A stretch of 64,000 nucleotides of DNA from an uncultured delta proteobacterium (GTDB lineage Bacteria > Myxococcota_A > Polyangia > Fen-1088): NCBI GenBank assembly GCA_963737265.1, contig CAVTRY010000011.1, positions 1,216,001 to 1,280,000 of the forward strand, in the 5' to 3' direction. A program made the translations under genes and the position numbers. The notes below the pieces were generated by a model. That model ran no database searches, had not been told where the DNA came from, and saw nothing but the letters and a program-made list of their open reading frames with translations. Positions 45,355-57,373 of this stretch are shown here, piece after piece. Positions within the stretch are counted from its first letter, which is position 1. Every line of letters begins with the position of its first letter.

Positions 45355-47736
45355 TTGGCGGGTACGCGGGCGATCGGCGCGCCAGCTCGCCGGGCATGGG
45401 TTCTGTCGATTCTCGGGTTGCTAGGCGTTCTTGCGCTGGCCTACTTTCGCGTGCTTTTTCTCGGCGAAACCTTTGCCGTGCGCGACCATCTCGCCTGGAC
45501 GCTGCCGTCACGGGCCTATCTCGGCGAAAGCCTGCGGCAGGGACACTTGCCCGAATGGTGGGATGCTCTTCGTCTCGGAACGGGCTTTGCCGCCGATCCG
45601 AACAACGGGGTGACCTACCCGCTGGCCTGGGTCGTTGCCTTGGTCGACCCGCTGCTGGGCGCCGACTTGTTGCTCTTGTTTCACATCTTTCTCGCCGGCG
45701 TGGGCGGCTTGCTGTTTGCCCGACGGCTGGGCGCAAGTGCGCTGGGCGCCTTCTTCGGTGCAGCGGTATTGATGACCTCGGGCTACGTGACGTCGATGAT
45801 CGTCAATGGCACCATCCTTCTGCCGATCGGATGGATGCCGCTCGTGGCCTGGGCCGCTCTCGGCGTGGCCGAGGTCGAGGATGGCCACGATTACTTCGGG
45901 CGCGGGCTGATGGTCGCCGCTGTGCTCGCCGGTTCGATAGCGTCGGGCAACCCGGCCGGCATCAACAACATCGTTTTGGCTGGTGCCATCGTCGCCCTGA
46001 CGGCGCGTCGCCGCGTTCCGGCGCTGCTGGTGTTGTCCGCCGCGGGCCTTCTCGGCGTGCTGATGGGGGCAGCTTCCGTGCTCGTGCCCTTGTTCACCCT
46101 GCCCGACAGCACACGCGCTGGAGGCCTCTCGCTGGCGGAGAGTGGCGCCTGGTCGCTGCATCCCCTGCGCTTGTTCGATTTGGTTTGGCCCCAGTTCTTG
46201 GGACAGGGGTTGCGCCCCGAGCGCAACCTGGCCGAACTGTGGGCGCGCGGTGGCGGAACGCTCGAAGCGAGCTGGGCGGCCAGTGTCTACGTCGGGCTTC
46301 CGGTCTTGTTTTGCGCGGGACTCGCGGTTGTGCGAGGAGGCTCGCTACCCCGGCGGTTGGGTCTACTCTCGCTGGTTTTTCTGGTTCTGTCCCTGGGCAG
46401 CTTCACGCCCGTCTACGGGATCTACCGAGCGATCTTCCGCTTCGAGCGCGTTCTTCGCTACCCGGAAAAACACCTGGCGAGCACTGTGTTCCTGTGGTCG
46501 GTCCTGGCGGCCGTTGGCTTCGATCGCCTTTTCGATCCCAAGGCCCGGCGCACGCGGCCTCTGCACATCAGCATGTGGATGTCGATCGTGCTCGGCGCCG
46601 GGTGGTGTGTGGCGACCATGGCGCGTGGAACATTGGCCAAGATGATCGAGCACGCGAGCCAGGCACGAGGGTTGGGAATCGACGCGCAAGCCGCCCTTAC
46701 TGCGGTGCTGGACGGCGGTCTCGCGGCCGCAGCGGTCGCTGCGCTCGTGCCTCTCGCACTTTGGCTATCCGCCCGGCCTCGATTGGGCCATCTCATGCGA
46801 CCGCTTTTTGTCGGGGTCGTCGTGGCGCAGTTGATTGACCACGACGGGTCGGTGCACGTCCTCATCGCCCGTCACCTCGTCAGGAACATGCCCGCCATCT
46901 TGGCTGTTCTTCCCAAGCCGCCTGCCACCCTGTGGCCACGCGTTCTGCGCCGTGCCCAGGACGCAATGCCCATCACAATCGCCGGCGAGGAGCGGGCGTG
47001 GCTTCTCCACCAACTCGCCGTCCAAAACGAAGCCACACGTTTCGGCTTCGGCCAGCTTCCCGGGTATCTCATCGCCGGCACGGCGCGCTTCGACGCCTTG
47101 GCCAAGGCCAGCGGCAACGCGAACCTTGAACGCATCATGGACTTGCTCGACATCCGGTATCTCATCGTCGATGTGGCCGGTGCAGCCGGAATGGGAATGC
47201 CAACGCGATCCCAAGCGCCGCTCGCAGGCTACGTGGTCGTTGAAAATGAAGATCGTCGCGCCCGCGCTTTCGTGGCCTATCGTTGGCAGCACGGCCTCGG
47301 AGACGAGGAGATCCTCAGGCGGCTTTTCGCGCCCGATCGTTCCCAGGTGGACTTCGGCGCGGTTCGCCTGACGGGGCTGGGTGAAAATCAAACCAACGCT
47401 CCACAGGAACCGAGCCCGTGCGCAATTGAAAGGCCGGTGGCGGAACACGTGATTTTGCGTTGCCACGCGGAGCGGGACGGGTACGCCGTATTGCTCGACG
47501 AGTGGACGAAGGGGTGGACCGCCACCGTCGACCAGATCGAGGTTCCGATCGAGCGGGCCGATGTGGTCTTTCGGGCCGTGGCTATCCCCGCCGGTTTCCA
47601 CGTGGTGGAGATGCGCTACCGAACGCCTGGCTTGCGCTGGGGTGCGCTCGTTTCGCTCTTCGGCTGCTTAACCTTCGGCATTCTTGGTTTCGTCGGCCGG
47701 GTCATGCGCCGCAGACGGCGCCTTCCAACGGACTGA
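45355..47736 (+). CDS. YfhO-family GT-C-like membrane protein (start uncertain)
   Basis: RDH, GHLPEW, YP, WSLHP, YVG, RYPEK; C-terminal GWTATVD...FRAVAIPAGFHVVEMRY. Confidence 0.82.
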   Translation: MAGTRAIGAPARRAWVLSILGLLGVLALAYFRVLFLGETFAVRDHLAWTLPSRAYLGESLRQGHLPEWWDALRLGTGFAADPNNGVTYPLAWVVALVDPLLGADLLLLFHIFLAGVGGLLFARRLGASALGAFFGAAVLMTSGYVTSMIVNGTILLPIGWMPLVAWAALGVAEVEDGHDYFGRGLMVAAVLAGSIASGNPAGINNIVLAGAIVALTARRRVPALLVLSAAGLLGVLMGAASVLVPLFTLPDSTRAGGLSLAESGAWSLHPLRLFDLVWPQFLGQGLRPERNLAELWARGGGTLEASWAASVYVGLPVLFCAGLAVVRGGSLPRRLGLLSLVFLVLSLGSFTPVYGIYRAIFRFERVLRYPEKHLASTVFLWSVLAAVGFDRLFDPKARRTRPLHISMWMSIVLGAGWCVATMARGTLAKMIEHASQARGLGIDAQAALTAVLDGGLAAAAVAALVPLALWLSARPRLGHLMRPLFVGVVVAQLIDHDGSVHVLIARHLVRNMPAILAVLPKPPATLWPRVLRRAQDAMPITIAGEERAWLLHQLAVQNEATRFGFGQLPGYLIAGTARFDALAKASGNANLERIMDLLDIRYLIVDVAGAAGMGMPTRSQAPLAGYVVVENEDRRARAFVAYRWQHGLGDEEILRRLFAPDRSQVDFGAVRLTGLGENQTNAPQEPSPCAIERPVAEHVILRCHAERDGYAVLLDEWTKGWTATVDQIEVPIERADVVFRAVAIPAGFHVVEMRYRTPGLRWGALVSLFGCLTFGILGFVGRVMRRRRRLPTD

Positions 47737-47771
47737 CCAGCGAGCTCGCGGATCGCAGCTCGGGTTGTGGA

Positions 47772-48071
47772 TCAACCCTTGCGCGTGAGACTTGCCGCCA
47801 GGATTTCCATGGCAGCCTTGTGCCCCGCGGCCGTGAGGGCGAATGTCTGGCGCGGCAACCCGCTACGCTTTTCCGTGCCCGAGGTGTGGCCTTCAACGAG
47901 ATTCTGACCTTCGAGGTCGCGAATCGCGGCTGCGAATGTTACCTCGTCGAGCGCAATCTGCCCGCCCGTCCAATCGCCCACCTTGCGCATGAGCTCGGCG
48001 CCATCCATCTCACCGGAGATGAGCACGCGCAAGAGCGCGGCTTGGGGTGTGACGGCTGGCCCTTGGCTCAT
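47772..48071 (-). CDS. PadR-like winged-helix regulator
   Basis: LLRVLISGEMDGAEL...LEGQNLV...RQTFALTAAG. Confidence 0.7.
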   Translation of the reverse strand: MSQGPAVTPQAALLRVLISGEMDGAELMRKVGDWTGGQIALDEVTFAAAIRDLEGQNLVEGHTSGTEKRSGLPRQTFALTAAGHKAAMEILAASLTRKG

Positions 48072-48080
48072 GGCAGGATA

Positions 48081-48380
48081 CTACCGGCTGCTATCATCCT
48101 CATCCTCATCGGTCTGGGTCGACTGGCGGCGGAGTACCTCGAAGGTCAGCGTGCTCTCGATGGACGATTGCACCGGCACCGTCACGTCGTCTTCGACGAT
48201 CTCGCTAGGAGCGGCCTGCGCCGGTCCGCGCCGGCCCTGTTCCGTTTCGGCGGCCACTTCTTCCACAGCAAAGGGCTCGCAGGCAGGCAGCTCTCGGGTT
48301 TTGTCGAGGTACTGAGGTTGGACGACGATTGGTACGCCATCGGCGGCCACGGACGCACTGAGGGGCTTCTTCGTCGTCAT
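48081..48380 (-). CDS. Small acidic hypothetical protein
   Basis: ORF ends 9 bp upstream of the PadR-like gene; no recognisable motif. Confidence 0.45.
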   Translation of the reverse strand: MTTKKPLSASVAADGVPIVVQPQYLDKTRELPACEPFAVEEVAAETEQGRRGPAQAAPSEIVEDDVTVPVQSSIESTLTFEVLRRQSTQTDEDEDDSSR

Positions 48381-48582
48381 CGCTTTGCCATCGCTTGTGT
48401 CAAAGAAGAGTTTGACATACGCATTCTACTACGTCTCAAGCGAGCTCGTCGCCTATCTGATCTATTGGGGTGCGCGATGACGTCCATCGCATGGCGGGGC
48501 TATCGGAATAGCGGGCGACGGATGAAGGTGCGAAATGCAGACGACGCGTGCATGCACAGCGCGAAACGAGTATGAAAAGGCG

Positions 48583-49788
48583 ATGAACGAGAAGACCGAA
48601 GATTTCGCCGCGCTTCTGGCCGAGTTCGACAGCCGGGAACCTCGCGGTGCCCGGCGTGAGGTGCGCGCTGGCGACAACGTGCGCGGGCGCGTGGCGACCA
48701 TTGGACATGAATCCGCGGTGGTAGAGATCGACGGCGGCAAGGTCGAAGGCATGATCGAGCTCGATCAGTTACGCGACGGTGAAGGCAATCTGACCGTCAA
48801 GATCGGCGACGAGATCGAGGCGCGCGTGGTCGAGACCATGGGCAAAGACGGCTGCGTGGTCTTGCGGCGGGCGATGGCGCGCGGCCCCGAGGCCAAGGCC
48901 GAATTGGCCCAGGCCGCGGAACTTGGCCTGACCGTTGAAGGCACAGTGATGGCCGTCAACAAGGGCGGCGTCGAGGTGCTGGTCGCCGGCGTGCGTGGTT
49001 TTTGCCCGATTTCACAGCTCGACATGCGCCACGTGGCGGACGCCAACGAGTATGTGGGGCGCAAATTCCAGTTCCGAGTCACTCGCTACGACGTCGATCG
49101 GCGCGGCGACAATCTCGTGGTTTCGCGCCGGGCGTTGCTTGAGGAAGAGGCGAGAGGCCGTGCCGAAAAGATGCGCGGCAAGGTTGTTCCGGGCGCGGTT
49201 CTGCCCGGCGTCGTTGTCGCGGTCAAGGACTTCGGCGCGTTCGTCGATCTCGGAGGCATCGAAGGCCTGCTGCACGCTTCCGAGTTGGGATTTTCGCGTG
49301 GTATCCGTCCGAGCGAGGTAGTGTCCGTCGGGCAACAGCTCAACGTGCAAGTCCTCAAGATCGAAAAGACCGACGATCCCAAGCTGCCCGAACGGATCTC
49401 GCTTTCGCTCAAGTCCATGGAACGCGATCCTTGGCAAGACGTCGAGGCGAAGTTTCCGTCGGGAACGCAGCTGGCCGGCAAGGTTGTCCGCATCGAACCG
49501 TTTGGTGCCTTTGTCGAGCTGGCTCCCGGCGTGGAAGGACTGGTTCACGTTGGCGAGCTCGCGGTGGGCAAACAGGTGCGCCACCCTCGCGAGATTTGCA
49601 AGGTCGGCGACAGCCTGACCGTAACCGTGCTTGCCTTGGATCACGAGCGACACCGCATCTCGCTCGGCGTGGGCGAGCGCTCCGATGTCGTTTCCCAAGA
49701 AGATATGGCCGTCGCGCGCGCCGCGGCCGGCCCCGCGCGCTTCGGGACGCTCGGCGATTTGATGCGTGCCAAGAACACGAAAAGCTAA
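48583..49788 (+). CDS. Ribosomal protein S1-like RNA-binding protein (four S1 domains)
   Basis: GFCPISQ, FGAFVDLGGIEGLLH, FGAFVELAPGVEGLVH, FGTLGDL. Confidence 0.9.
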   Translation: MNEKTEDFAALLAEFDSREPRGARREVRAGDNVRGRVATIGHESAVVEIDGGKVEGMIELDQLRDGEGNLTVKIGDEIEARVVETMGKDGCVVLRRAMARGPEAKAELAQAAELGLTVEGTVMAVNKGGVEVLVAGVRGFCPISQLDMRHVADANEYVGRKFQFRVTRYDVDRRGDNLVVSRRALLEEEARGRAEKMRGKVVPGAVLPGVVVAVKDFGAFVDLGGIEGLLHASELGFSRGIRPSEVVSVGQQLNVQVLKIEKTDDPKLPERISLSLKSMERDPWQDVEAKFPSGTQLAGKVVRIEPFGAFVELAPGVEGLVHVGELAVGKQVRHPREICKVGDSLTVTVLALDHERHRISLGVGERSDVVSQEDMAVARAAAGPARFGTLGDLMRAKNTKS

Positions 49789-49945
49789 CCGTCAGTTCGC
49801 GCGCGCCGAACGGCCGGACGGGCGGCCTGGGAAATCGCGGTTCATCGTGTAAAATAGAAAAAAGCGTGCTGGGAACAGGGGGCTCGTTTCCCTTGTCGGA
49901 TAGGTTGCATCCCGCGCGCAATGGAAGACTGCGGAGCAAACGACC

Positions 49946-51103
49946 ATGTTGTCAGGGCACGATCAGCGGCAGAGCCGGATCACGGTGGAAGGACACCTGA
50001 CCCTCTCGGCCACCATCAACTGGCATCTGTCGGCGCGCAAGATCGATCTGGGGGCGCTTTTGCGCGTGATCCTGGGGCCGGCCAAGGTCGCGGATCAGGC
50101 GCCGCTGCTGGAGGCACTCAACTACTTGCACCACGCCTACGGCGATCGTCGGCGCAAGAACGGACCGGCCGCGGTGCTGCACTGTCTGCGCATCGCCGCC
50201 ATGCTCGCACGCGTGATGCCAGCGCCCGACACACTCGACCTGCTCGGTGCGCTTCTTCACGACAAGGAAGAAGATCTGACGCGTGAAGAGCTGGGCACCG
50301 CCGAATGGGATCGCGTGCAAGCCGAATTCGCTCGCGTGCTCGAAAAGATCGACGCCAATCACCGCTGGTTCTTGGGCGAGCGCATCGCCTTGCTGTGGCG
50401 GCAAGAGTCGCAATCCTATTACGACTACCTCGGCAGCGTTCTTTCCAGGGTGCGCACCATGCCGGACCTCTTGCGCTGCAAGTTGGCCGACCGCCTGGAC
50501 AACACCATGGACATCGCCGTGCAGCGAACACCGACGGAACAAAACGCGTTTTTCGAGCTGGCATTCAGCATGCTGTTCCTGCCCGGCTATCAGCCCGAGC
50601 CTTACGACGGCACCGTCGCTCCAGATGGCGAGGCGTGCGTGTTGCTGATCTCCCAACTCTTCAAGAACGTCGTGTTCATGAGCATGTTGCGGCAGCAGCA
50701 GCTCGATCATCTGGACGAGACGACGACGCGACTTTTTCATGCCTTGGCCACCATGAGCAGCGAACAGGCGCAATGGGCGGTGGCGGCTCTTCTGTCGGCG
50801 CCAACGCTGGGCTGGCAAGAGCGACGGCGCTTGCTGCGGGAAATGATGGATTACTGTTCCGCGGGCGGCATGGCGGCAATCCACGGCAAAGACAAAGGTG
50901 GTCTGCTCGACGGCAGTTTCCTCGAACACTTCGCCGAGCCGAACGACAAGATCCGCAAGAAGCAGATCGAAACGCTCTACAACGACAAGCTGCGCTTCAT
51001 TCGCCTACTCGTGCTGTACATCGGAATGTTCGCCAGCTTTCTCGCCGATCCGAGCTACTACGTGCGTGGCATCGATCGCAACGGATTGCATCCGGTCGGC
51101 TAG
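49946..51103 (+). CDS. RelA/SpoT-type HD hydrolase domain with a long C-terminal extension
   Basis: HAYGDRRRKNG, HCLRIA, ALLHDKEED, KLADRLDN. Confidence 0.7.
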   Translation: MLSGHDQRQSRITVEGHLTLSATINWHLSARKIDLGALLRVILGPAKVADQAPLLEALNYLHHAYGDRRRKNGPAAVLHCLRIAAMLARVMPAPDTLDLLGALLHDKEEDLTREELGTAEWDRVQAEFARVLEKIDANHRWFLGERIALLWRQESQSYYDYLGSVLSRVRTMPDLLRCKLADRLDNTMDIAVQRTPTEQNAFFELAFSMLFLPGYQPEPYDGTVAPDGEACVLLISQLFKNVVFMSMLRQQQLDHLDETTTRLFHALATMSSEQAQWAVAALLSAPTLGWQERRRLLREMMDYCSAGGMAAIHGKDKGGLLDGSFLEHFAEPNDKIRKKQIETLYNDKLRFIRLLVLYIGMFASFLADPSYYVRGIDRNGLHPVG

Positions 51104-51113
51104 TGCCGCTGGA

Positions 51114-53159
<2,046 letters not shown>

Positions 53160-53163
53160 CTAA

Positions 53164-53667
53164 CTACGCCTGACCCTCGCTGAGAGCGCGATCGAGCTCG
53201 GCCTCCACCACTTCGCGATCGGTGGAGCGTGCCACGGAGAGCTCCTGAACCACCAGGCCGCGCGCTGTGTCCAGCATGCGCCGCTCTCCGAACGACAGCG
53301 ACTTGGTTTTTCTCAGGCGATGAAGGTCGCGGAAAACCTCGGCCACCTCGAACAGCGAACCAGACTTGATCTTGTCCATGAAGGCGCGGTAGCGGCGATT
53401 CCAGGTGTGGCGTTCGAATTGAACCACCTTCTCGCGCAGAATCTGAAGAACCTCGTCGACATCGGAATTGCCGGCGACCGGGCGAATCCCGACTTGCTCG
53501 GCCTTGTCGACGTGGACCAGGATCTTGAGGTCGCTAGAGGCCAACCGCAGGACGTAGAATTCCTGCACCCGGCCGCCGATTTCTTTCTTTTCAACGTCTA
53601 TTACTTCAGCGATGCCGCGGGAGGGATAGACAGCTTTTTGCCCGATCGTCAGCGTTAGTGCCATCAC
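53164..53667 (-). CDS. carD: CarD/CdnL family RNA polymerase-binding regulator
   Basis: KAVYPSRGIAEV, TWNRRYR, LSFGERRMLDTAR. Confidence 0.9.
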   Translation of the reverse strand: MMALTLTIGQKAVYPSRGIAEVIDVEKKEIGGRVQEFYVLRLASSDLKILVHVDKAEQVGIRPVAGNSDVDEVLQILREKVVQFERHTWNRRYRAFMDKIKSGSLFEVAEVFRDLHRLRKTKSLSFGERRMLDTARGLVVQELSVARSTDREVVEAELDRALSEGQA

Positions 53668-53952
53668 GAGCCTCCTTGAGAGACGGCCTTGCGGCCGTCA
53701 GATGTCGTACTACCGAGGTAACTGTAGCTCACTGTCGTCCCAATGATCCAAGGGATTCGCCAAGGCGGCGTGCAGTCCCGCATCATGGAACGGGTTAATG
53801 TGAATGCATATGGTGAGTCAACTGGTTTCGTTTTCATGTGAAACACCGGTTGGATCCCTTGCGCCATGAGACATACAATGAGGCATACAATCCAACGAGG
53901 TTGCGTACCGGACTTGCGCACGAGGGCCGCGGAAAAGGCTTAAAAGGTGACT

Positions 53953-54552
53953 ATGAAAAGGCGAGCAGGAAACACCCTAGGGATGTCGCTGGTCGAGTTG
54001 ATGATCGTGGTCGTGATCATCGGAATCTTGGCCGCGATTGCGGTGGTTGGCTACCGAAAGTACATCGCCCGGGCGCGTTTGTCGGAGGCCACGGCCATGC
54101 TGGCCGAATTCGCTGCCAAGGAGCAGCTCTACTTTCTTGAAAATGGACAGTTCATCGAGGCCCACAACGACAGCGCCGGTGTCTCTTTTCCGAGCGCCAA
54201 CGAAAACACCGGCGACTTCTGGCCGTCGAATCCCAACAACTACTTCGACTCCGCGCGAGCCCCAGTCAACATCTACGTCGGCGGCAACCTGCCGGTCTCT
54301 TGGCGCAGGATTGGCCTGAGACCGCGGTGGCAACAGCTCTACTGCACCTACCTCGTCAACGCCGGCGGCCCCGGCGACGCTCCCCCTGGCACCATCGGAC
54401 CAACCCTGTGGACCGCAACTCCCAATGTCCCGTGGTTCTATGCGCTTGCGGCTTGCAACCTGGGCGGTCCCGCGGGGTGGCCAAGCAACGTCACCATCCT
54501 TGCGCTGACCCACGATTCGCCGGCAATCCGCACGACGGATGAGCTTCAGTAG
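53953..54552 (+). CDS. Type IV pilin-like protein
   Basis: Prepilin site G|[20 protein letters not shown] with E5; C-terminal Cys pair. Confidence 0.9.
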   Translation: MKRRAGNTLGMSLVELMIVVVIIGILAAIAVVGYRKYIARARLSEATAMLAEFAAKEQLYFLENGQFIEAHNDSAGVSFPSANENTGDFWPSNPNNYFDSARAPVNIYVGGNLPVSWRRIGLRPRWQQLYCTYLVNAGGPGDAPPGTIGPTLWTATPNVPWFYALAACNLGGPAGWPSNVTILALTHDSPAIRTTDELQ

Positions 54553-54754
54553 CCTCCCGCGCCATCGCACGCGCGGTGCGCGGACCGATTGCGGGGACAG
54601 CTTACGGGGCCAGCGATCTGCCCGATTTTGTTCCGAGTCGTTCGGCTAGGCCGATGTTTGTCACCGAAGACTCATCGAGTCACACTCAAGAGCGCACACA
54701 TTTTCATGAATAATTCCAACTAGTAAAACCTTCCAAATGGCAAGCTGTAGATGG

Positions 54755-54770
54755 TGGCACGGCCTGTGCA
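54755..54770 (+). promoter_or_regulatory. sigma54 -24/-12 promoter upstream of the pilin
   Basis: TGGCAC-GGCCT-GTGCA, 25 bp before the ATG; RBS GGAGG at 54784. Confidence 0.75.
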
Positions 54771-54795
54771 GTAATGGCTGCTAGGAGGCAAATCA

Positions 54796-55344
54796 ATGAC
54801 AAAGGCGCGAAAGAAGAGCGGTGGCTTTACCCTGGTCGAGTTGATGATCGTCGTAGCGATCATCGGAATCTTGGCCGCCGTGGCCATCCCGGCGTTCACT
54901 CGGTACGTGAAGAAGTCTCGTACCACGGAGGCTGTCGGTCACCTCAACAAAGAGTGGTCCGGCTCGCTCACCTACTATGAGAGCGACCACATGGCCACCG
55001 GTGGCGTTCCGCAGCCAAAGCAATTCCCTGGACCGAGCGGGGTGCTGGCGAATAGTGGCGCCCAGTGCGGGTGTTCGACGGGTGGTCGCTGCCCGGGAGG
55101 AGACAGCGTTTGGCAGACCGATCCGGTGTGGTTGGCGCTCAACTTCTCGCTGCCCGATCCGATGAACTACTTGCCCAGTTACAACTCAACGGGTACGGGA
55201 GCGGCCGCGCAGTTCACGGCCCAGGCGACCGGCGACCTGAACTGCAACTCGACGCTGTCCAAATTCCAGCGCGTGGGCTCGATTAATTCCAGCGGTGACG
55301 TGACGGGCAGCTACCAGCCGTACATCGAGAACGAGCTCGAATAG
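54796..55344 (+). CDS. pilA: Type IVa pilin, probable major pilin
   Basis: G|[24 protein letters not shown]; own sigma54 promoter and terminator; ATGDLNCN motif. Confidence 0.88.
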   Translation: MTKARKKSGGFTLVELMIVVAIIGILAAVAIPAFTRYVKKSRTTEAVGHLNKEWSGSLTYYESDHMATGGVPQPKQFPGPSGVLANSGAQCGCSTGGRCPGGDSVWQTDPVWLALNFSLPDPMNYLPSYNSTGTGAAAQFTAQATGDLNCNSTLSKFQRVGSINSSGDVTGSYQPYIENELE

Positions 55345-55369
55345 CACCCCGCAACGGTTGGACCGCAAG

Positions 55370-55402
55370 AACCCCGGTGGAAATCCATCGGGGTTTTTGT
55401 TT
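55370..55402 (+). terminator. Rho-independent terminator
   Basis: AACCCCGGTGG-AAAT-CCATCGGGGTT followed by TTTGTTT. Confidence 0.85.
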
Positions 55403-55421
55403 GGGCGGGCGGGGCTCGGCA

Positions 55422-57008
55422 TCACACCGCGGGGCCGTCGCCGCGGGCCAGAACGGTGTCTTTTGCGAGGCGCTGATCGTGATCGAGGTGGTCCAGGTTG
55501 TAGTGCAGGCCCCGACTCTCGGGGCGGCGACGGGCGCTCTGAATGATGAGGTCGGCGACCAGCGCGATGTTGCGGAGCTCCAGAAGGTCGCCGCTGACCT
55601 GGAAGTTCCAATAGTACTCGCGAATCTCTTCGCGAATCATCTGCATGCGGCGGGCAGCGCGTTCCAGCCGCTTGTCGGAGCGAACGATGCCGACGTAGTT
55701 CCACATCAGCCGCCGAATTTCGTCCCAGGTGTGGCTGACCACGACCGCCTCGTCGGTCACCGCCGCGTCGCCCGCATACCAAGGCGCGACCTGCATGGGA
55801 CGGTTAACGGTGACGTTGCGTACGTCGTCAGCCGCCCGAGCGGCGTACACCAACGCTTCAAGAAGCGAATTAGATGCCAGCCGGCAAGCGCCATGTAGAC
55901 CCGTCATGGAGGCCTCACCGACGGCGTACAGGTTTCGCACGTTGGTTCTGCCGTTGCTGTCGACCAGGATACCGCCGCAACTGTAGTGGGCCGCGGGCAC
56001 CACCGGGATGGGGGTCGTGCGCATGTCGATGCCGAGCTCCAGACAGCGACGATGGATGTTGGGGAAGTGGTCGATCAGAAAATCGCCCGGCAGGTGGGTC
56101 ATGTCGAGCAGCACATGGTCGTCGCCGGTGCGCTTCAGCTCGGCGTCGATGGCGCGGGCGACGACATCGCGGGAAGCGAGATCTTTCATCGCGTGGTATC
56201 GGCTCATGAAGGCTGAACCGTCGAGCAAGCGCAGAATGCCGCCCTCGCCACGCAGCGCCTCGCTGATGAGAAAGGACTTCGCCGCCGGGTGGTAGAGAAT
56301 GGTCGGGTGGAACTGGAAGAATTCCATGTTGGCGACGCGCGCGCCCACCCGGTAGGCCATGGCAACGCCATCGCCAGTGGCGACGTCTGGATTCGACGTG
56401 TAGAGGTAGACCTTGCCGGCGCCGCCGGTGGCGATGACTACCGCACGCGCGGTGATGGTCTTCACCTCGCCGGTGGAATGGTCGAAGACATACGCGCCGA
56501 AGACCGCGTTGGGGCCGCCGTACTTGGCGGTCGTCAAGAGATCCACGGCCATGTGATTGGGCAAGAGCGTGATCCTGTCGCCGCAGGCGCGCACGGTTTC
56601 GAGCAAGGCGTTGTGGATGGCGGCACCCGTCATGTCGCGCGCGTGGACGATGCGCCGGGCGGTGTGGCCGCCCTCGCGGCCCAGGCTAAACTGACCATTT
56701 TCGTCGCGGTCGAAGGCCACGCCGATCTGATTGGCGAGATAAAGGATGTGCTCGGGGCCTTGGCGTACGCACATCTCGACGGCCTCGCGCGCGCACAGAC
56801 CATCGCCCACGCGCAGGGTGTCCTCGACGTGTTGTTCGGCACTGTCGTTGTCCCCGAGAACGCCGGCAACGCCACCTTGCGCGTACTGCGTATTGGTGTC
56901 GGTCAACTCGCGCTTTGACACCAGAATGACACGGCCGTGGGCGCACGCGCGCAGGGCGAAATAGAGGCCCGCAAGGCCGGAGCCCAAGACGAGGTAGTCA
57001 GCTTCCAA
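55422..57008 (-). CDS. nadB: L-aspartate oxidase
   Basis: GSGLAG, YAQGG, EGGHTARRIVH, QFHPT, ISEALRGEG, GLHGACRLASNSLLE. Confidence 0.96.
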   Translation of the reverse strand: MEADYLVLGSGLAGLYFALRACAHGRVILVSKRELTDTNTQYAQGGVAGVLGDNDSAEQHVEDTLRVGDGLCAREAVEMCVRQGPEHILYLANQIGVAFDRDENGQFSLGREGGHTARRIVHARDMTGAAIHNALLETVRACGDRITLLPNHMAVDLLTTAKYGGPNAVFGAYVFDHSTGEVKTITARAVVIATGGAGKVYLYTSNPDVATGDGVAMAYRVGARVANMEFFQFHPTILYHPAAKSFLISEALRGEGGILRLLDGSAFMSRYHAMKDLASRDVVARAIDAELKRTGDDHVLLDMTHLPGDFLIDHFPNIHRRCLELGIDMRTTPIPVVPAAHYSCGGILVDSNGRTNVRNLYAVGEASMTGLHGACRLASNSLLEALVYAARAADDVRNVTVNRPMQVAPWYAGDAAVTDEAVVVSHTWDEIRRLMWNYVGIVRSDKRLERAARRMQMIREEIREYYWNFQVSGDLLELRNIALVADLIIQSARRRPESRGLHYNLDHLDHDQRLAKDTVLARGDGPAV

Positions 57009-57064
57009 GATAGTCGGAATCTAGCACTCACCTGCGCCCATGTCGCCCGTTGTGCTGACGTCGT

Positions 57065-57255
57065 GTTCCCGCGACAAGCGCAGCGACGTCGCGGAAGGCA
57101 GCAGAAGAAGGCGCCTTTCCAGGATGGACGCGCCACCCAGTTGAAGCGATAAATGGTGGTCGCAAACGTCGTCACGGTCGTGGCCCTGGCCGTAGCCGTG
57201 GCCGACGAAGATCACTCCGGCCACGGCCACGACCTTCTGCGCCTTTCGCGCGATT
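57065..57255. mobile_element. MITE-like element, family A, copy 2 (inverted relative to copy 1)
   Basis: TCCCGCGACAAGCGCAGCGAC...GCCTTTCCAG.ATGGACGCGCCACCCAGTTG matches the reverse complement of 16223-16395, with extra GTGGCC-like hexamers. Confidence 0.75.
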
Positions 57256-57373
57256 ACGGTGACGTCGTGCTGGCGTCGTGCTGGCTTTGTGACGGCCGGT
57301 TTTGTCGGCTTCTCGACGGATAAGCCTGGCTTGCACGGCGCGCCGGCCGCTGGCCGTGTTACGATCCCAGGGA

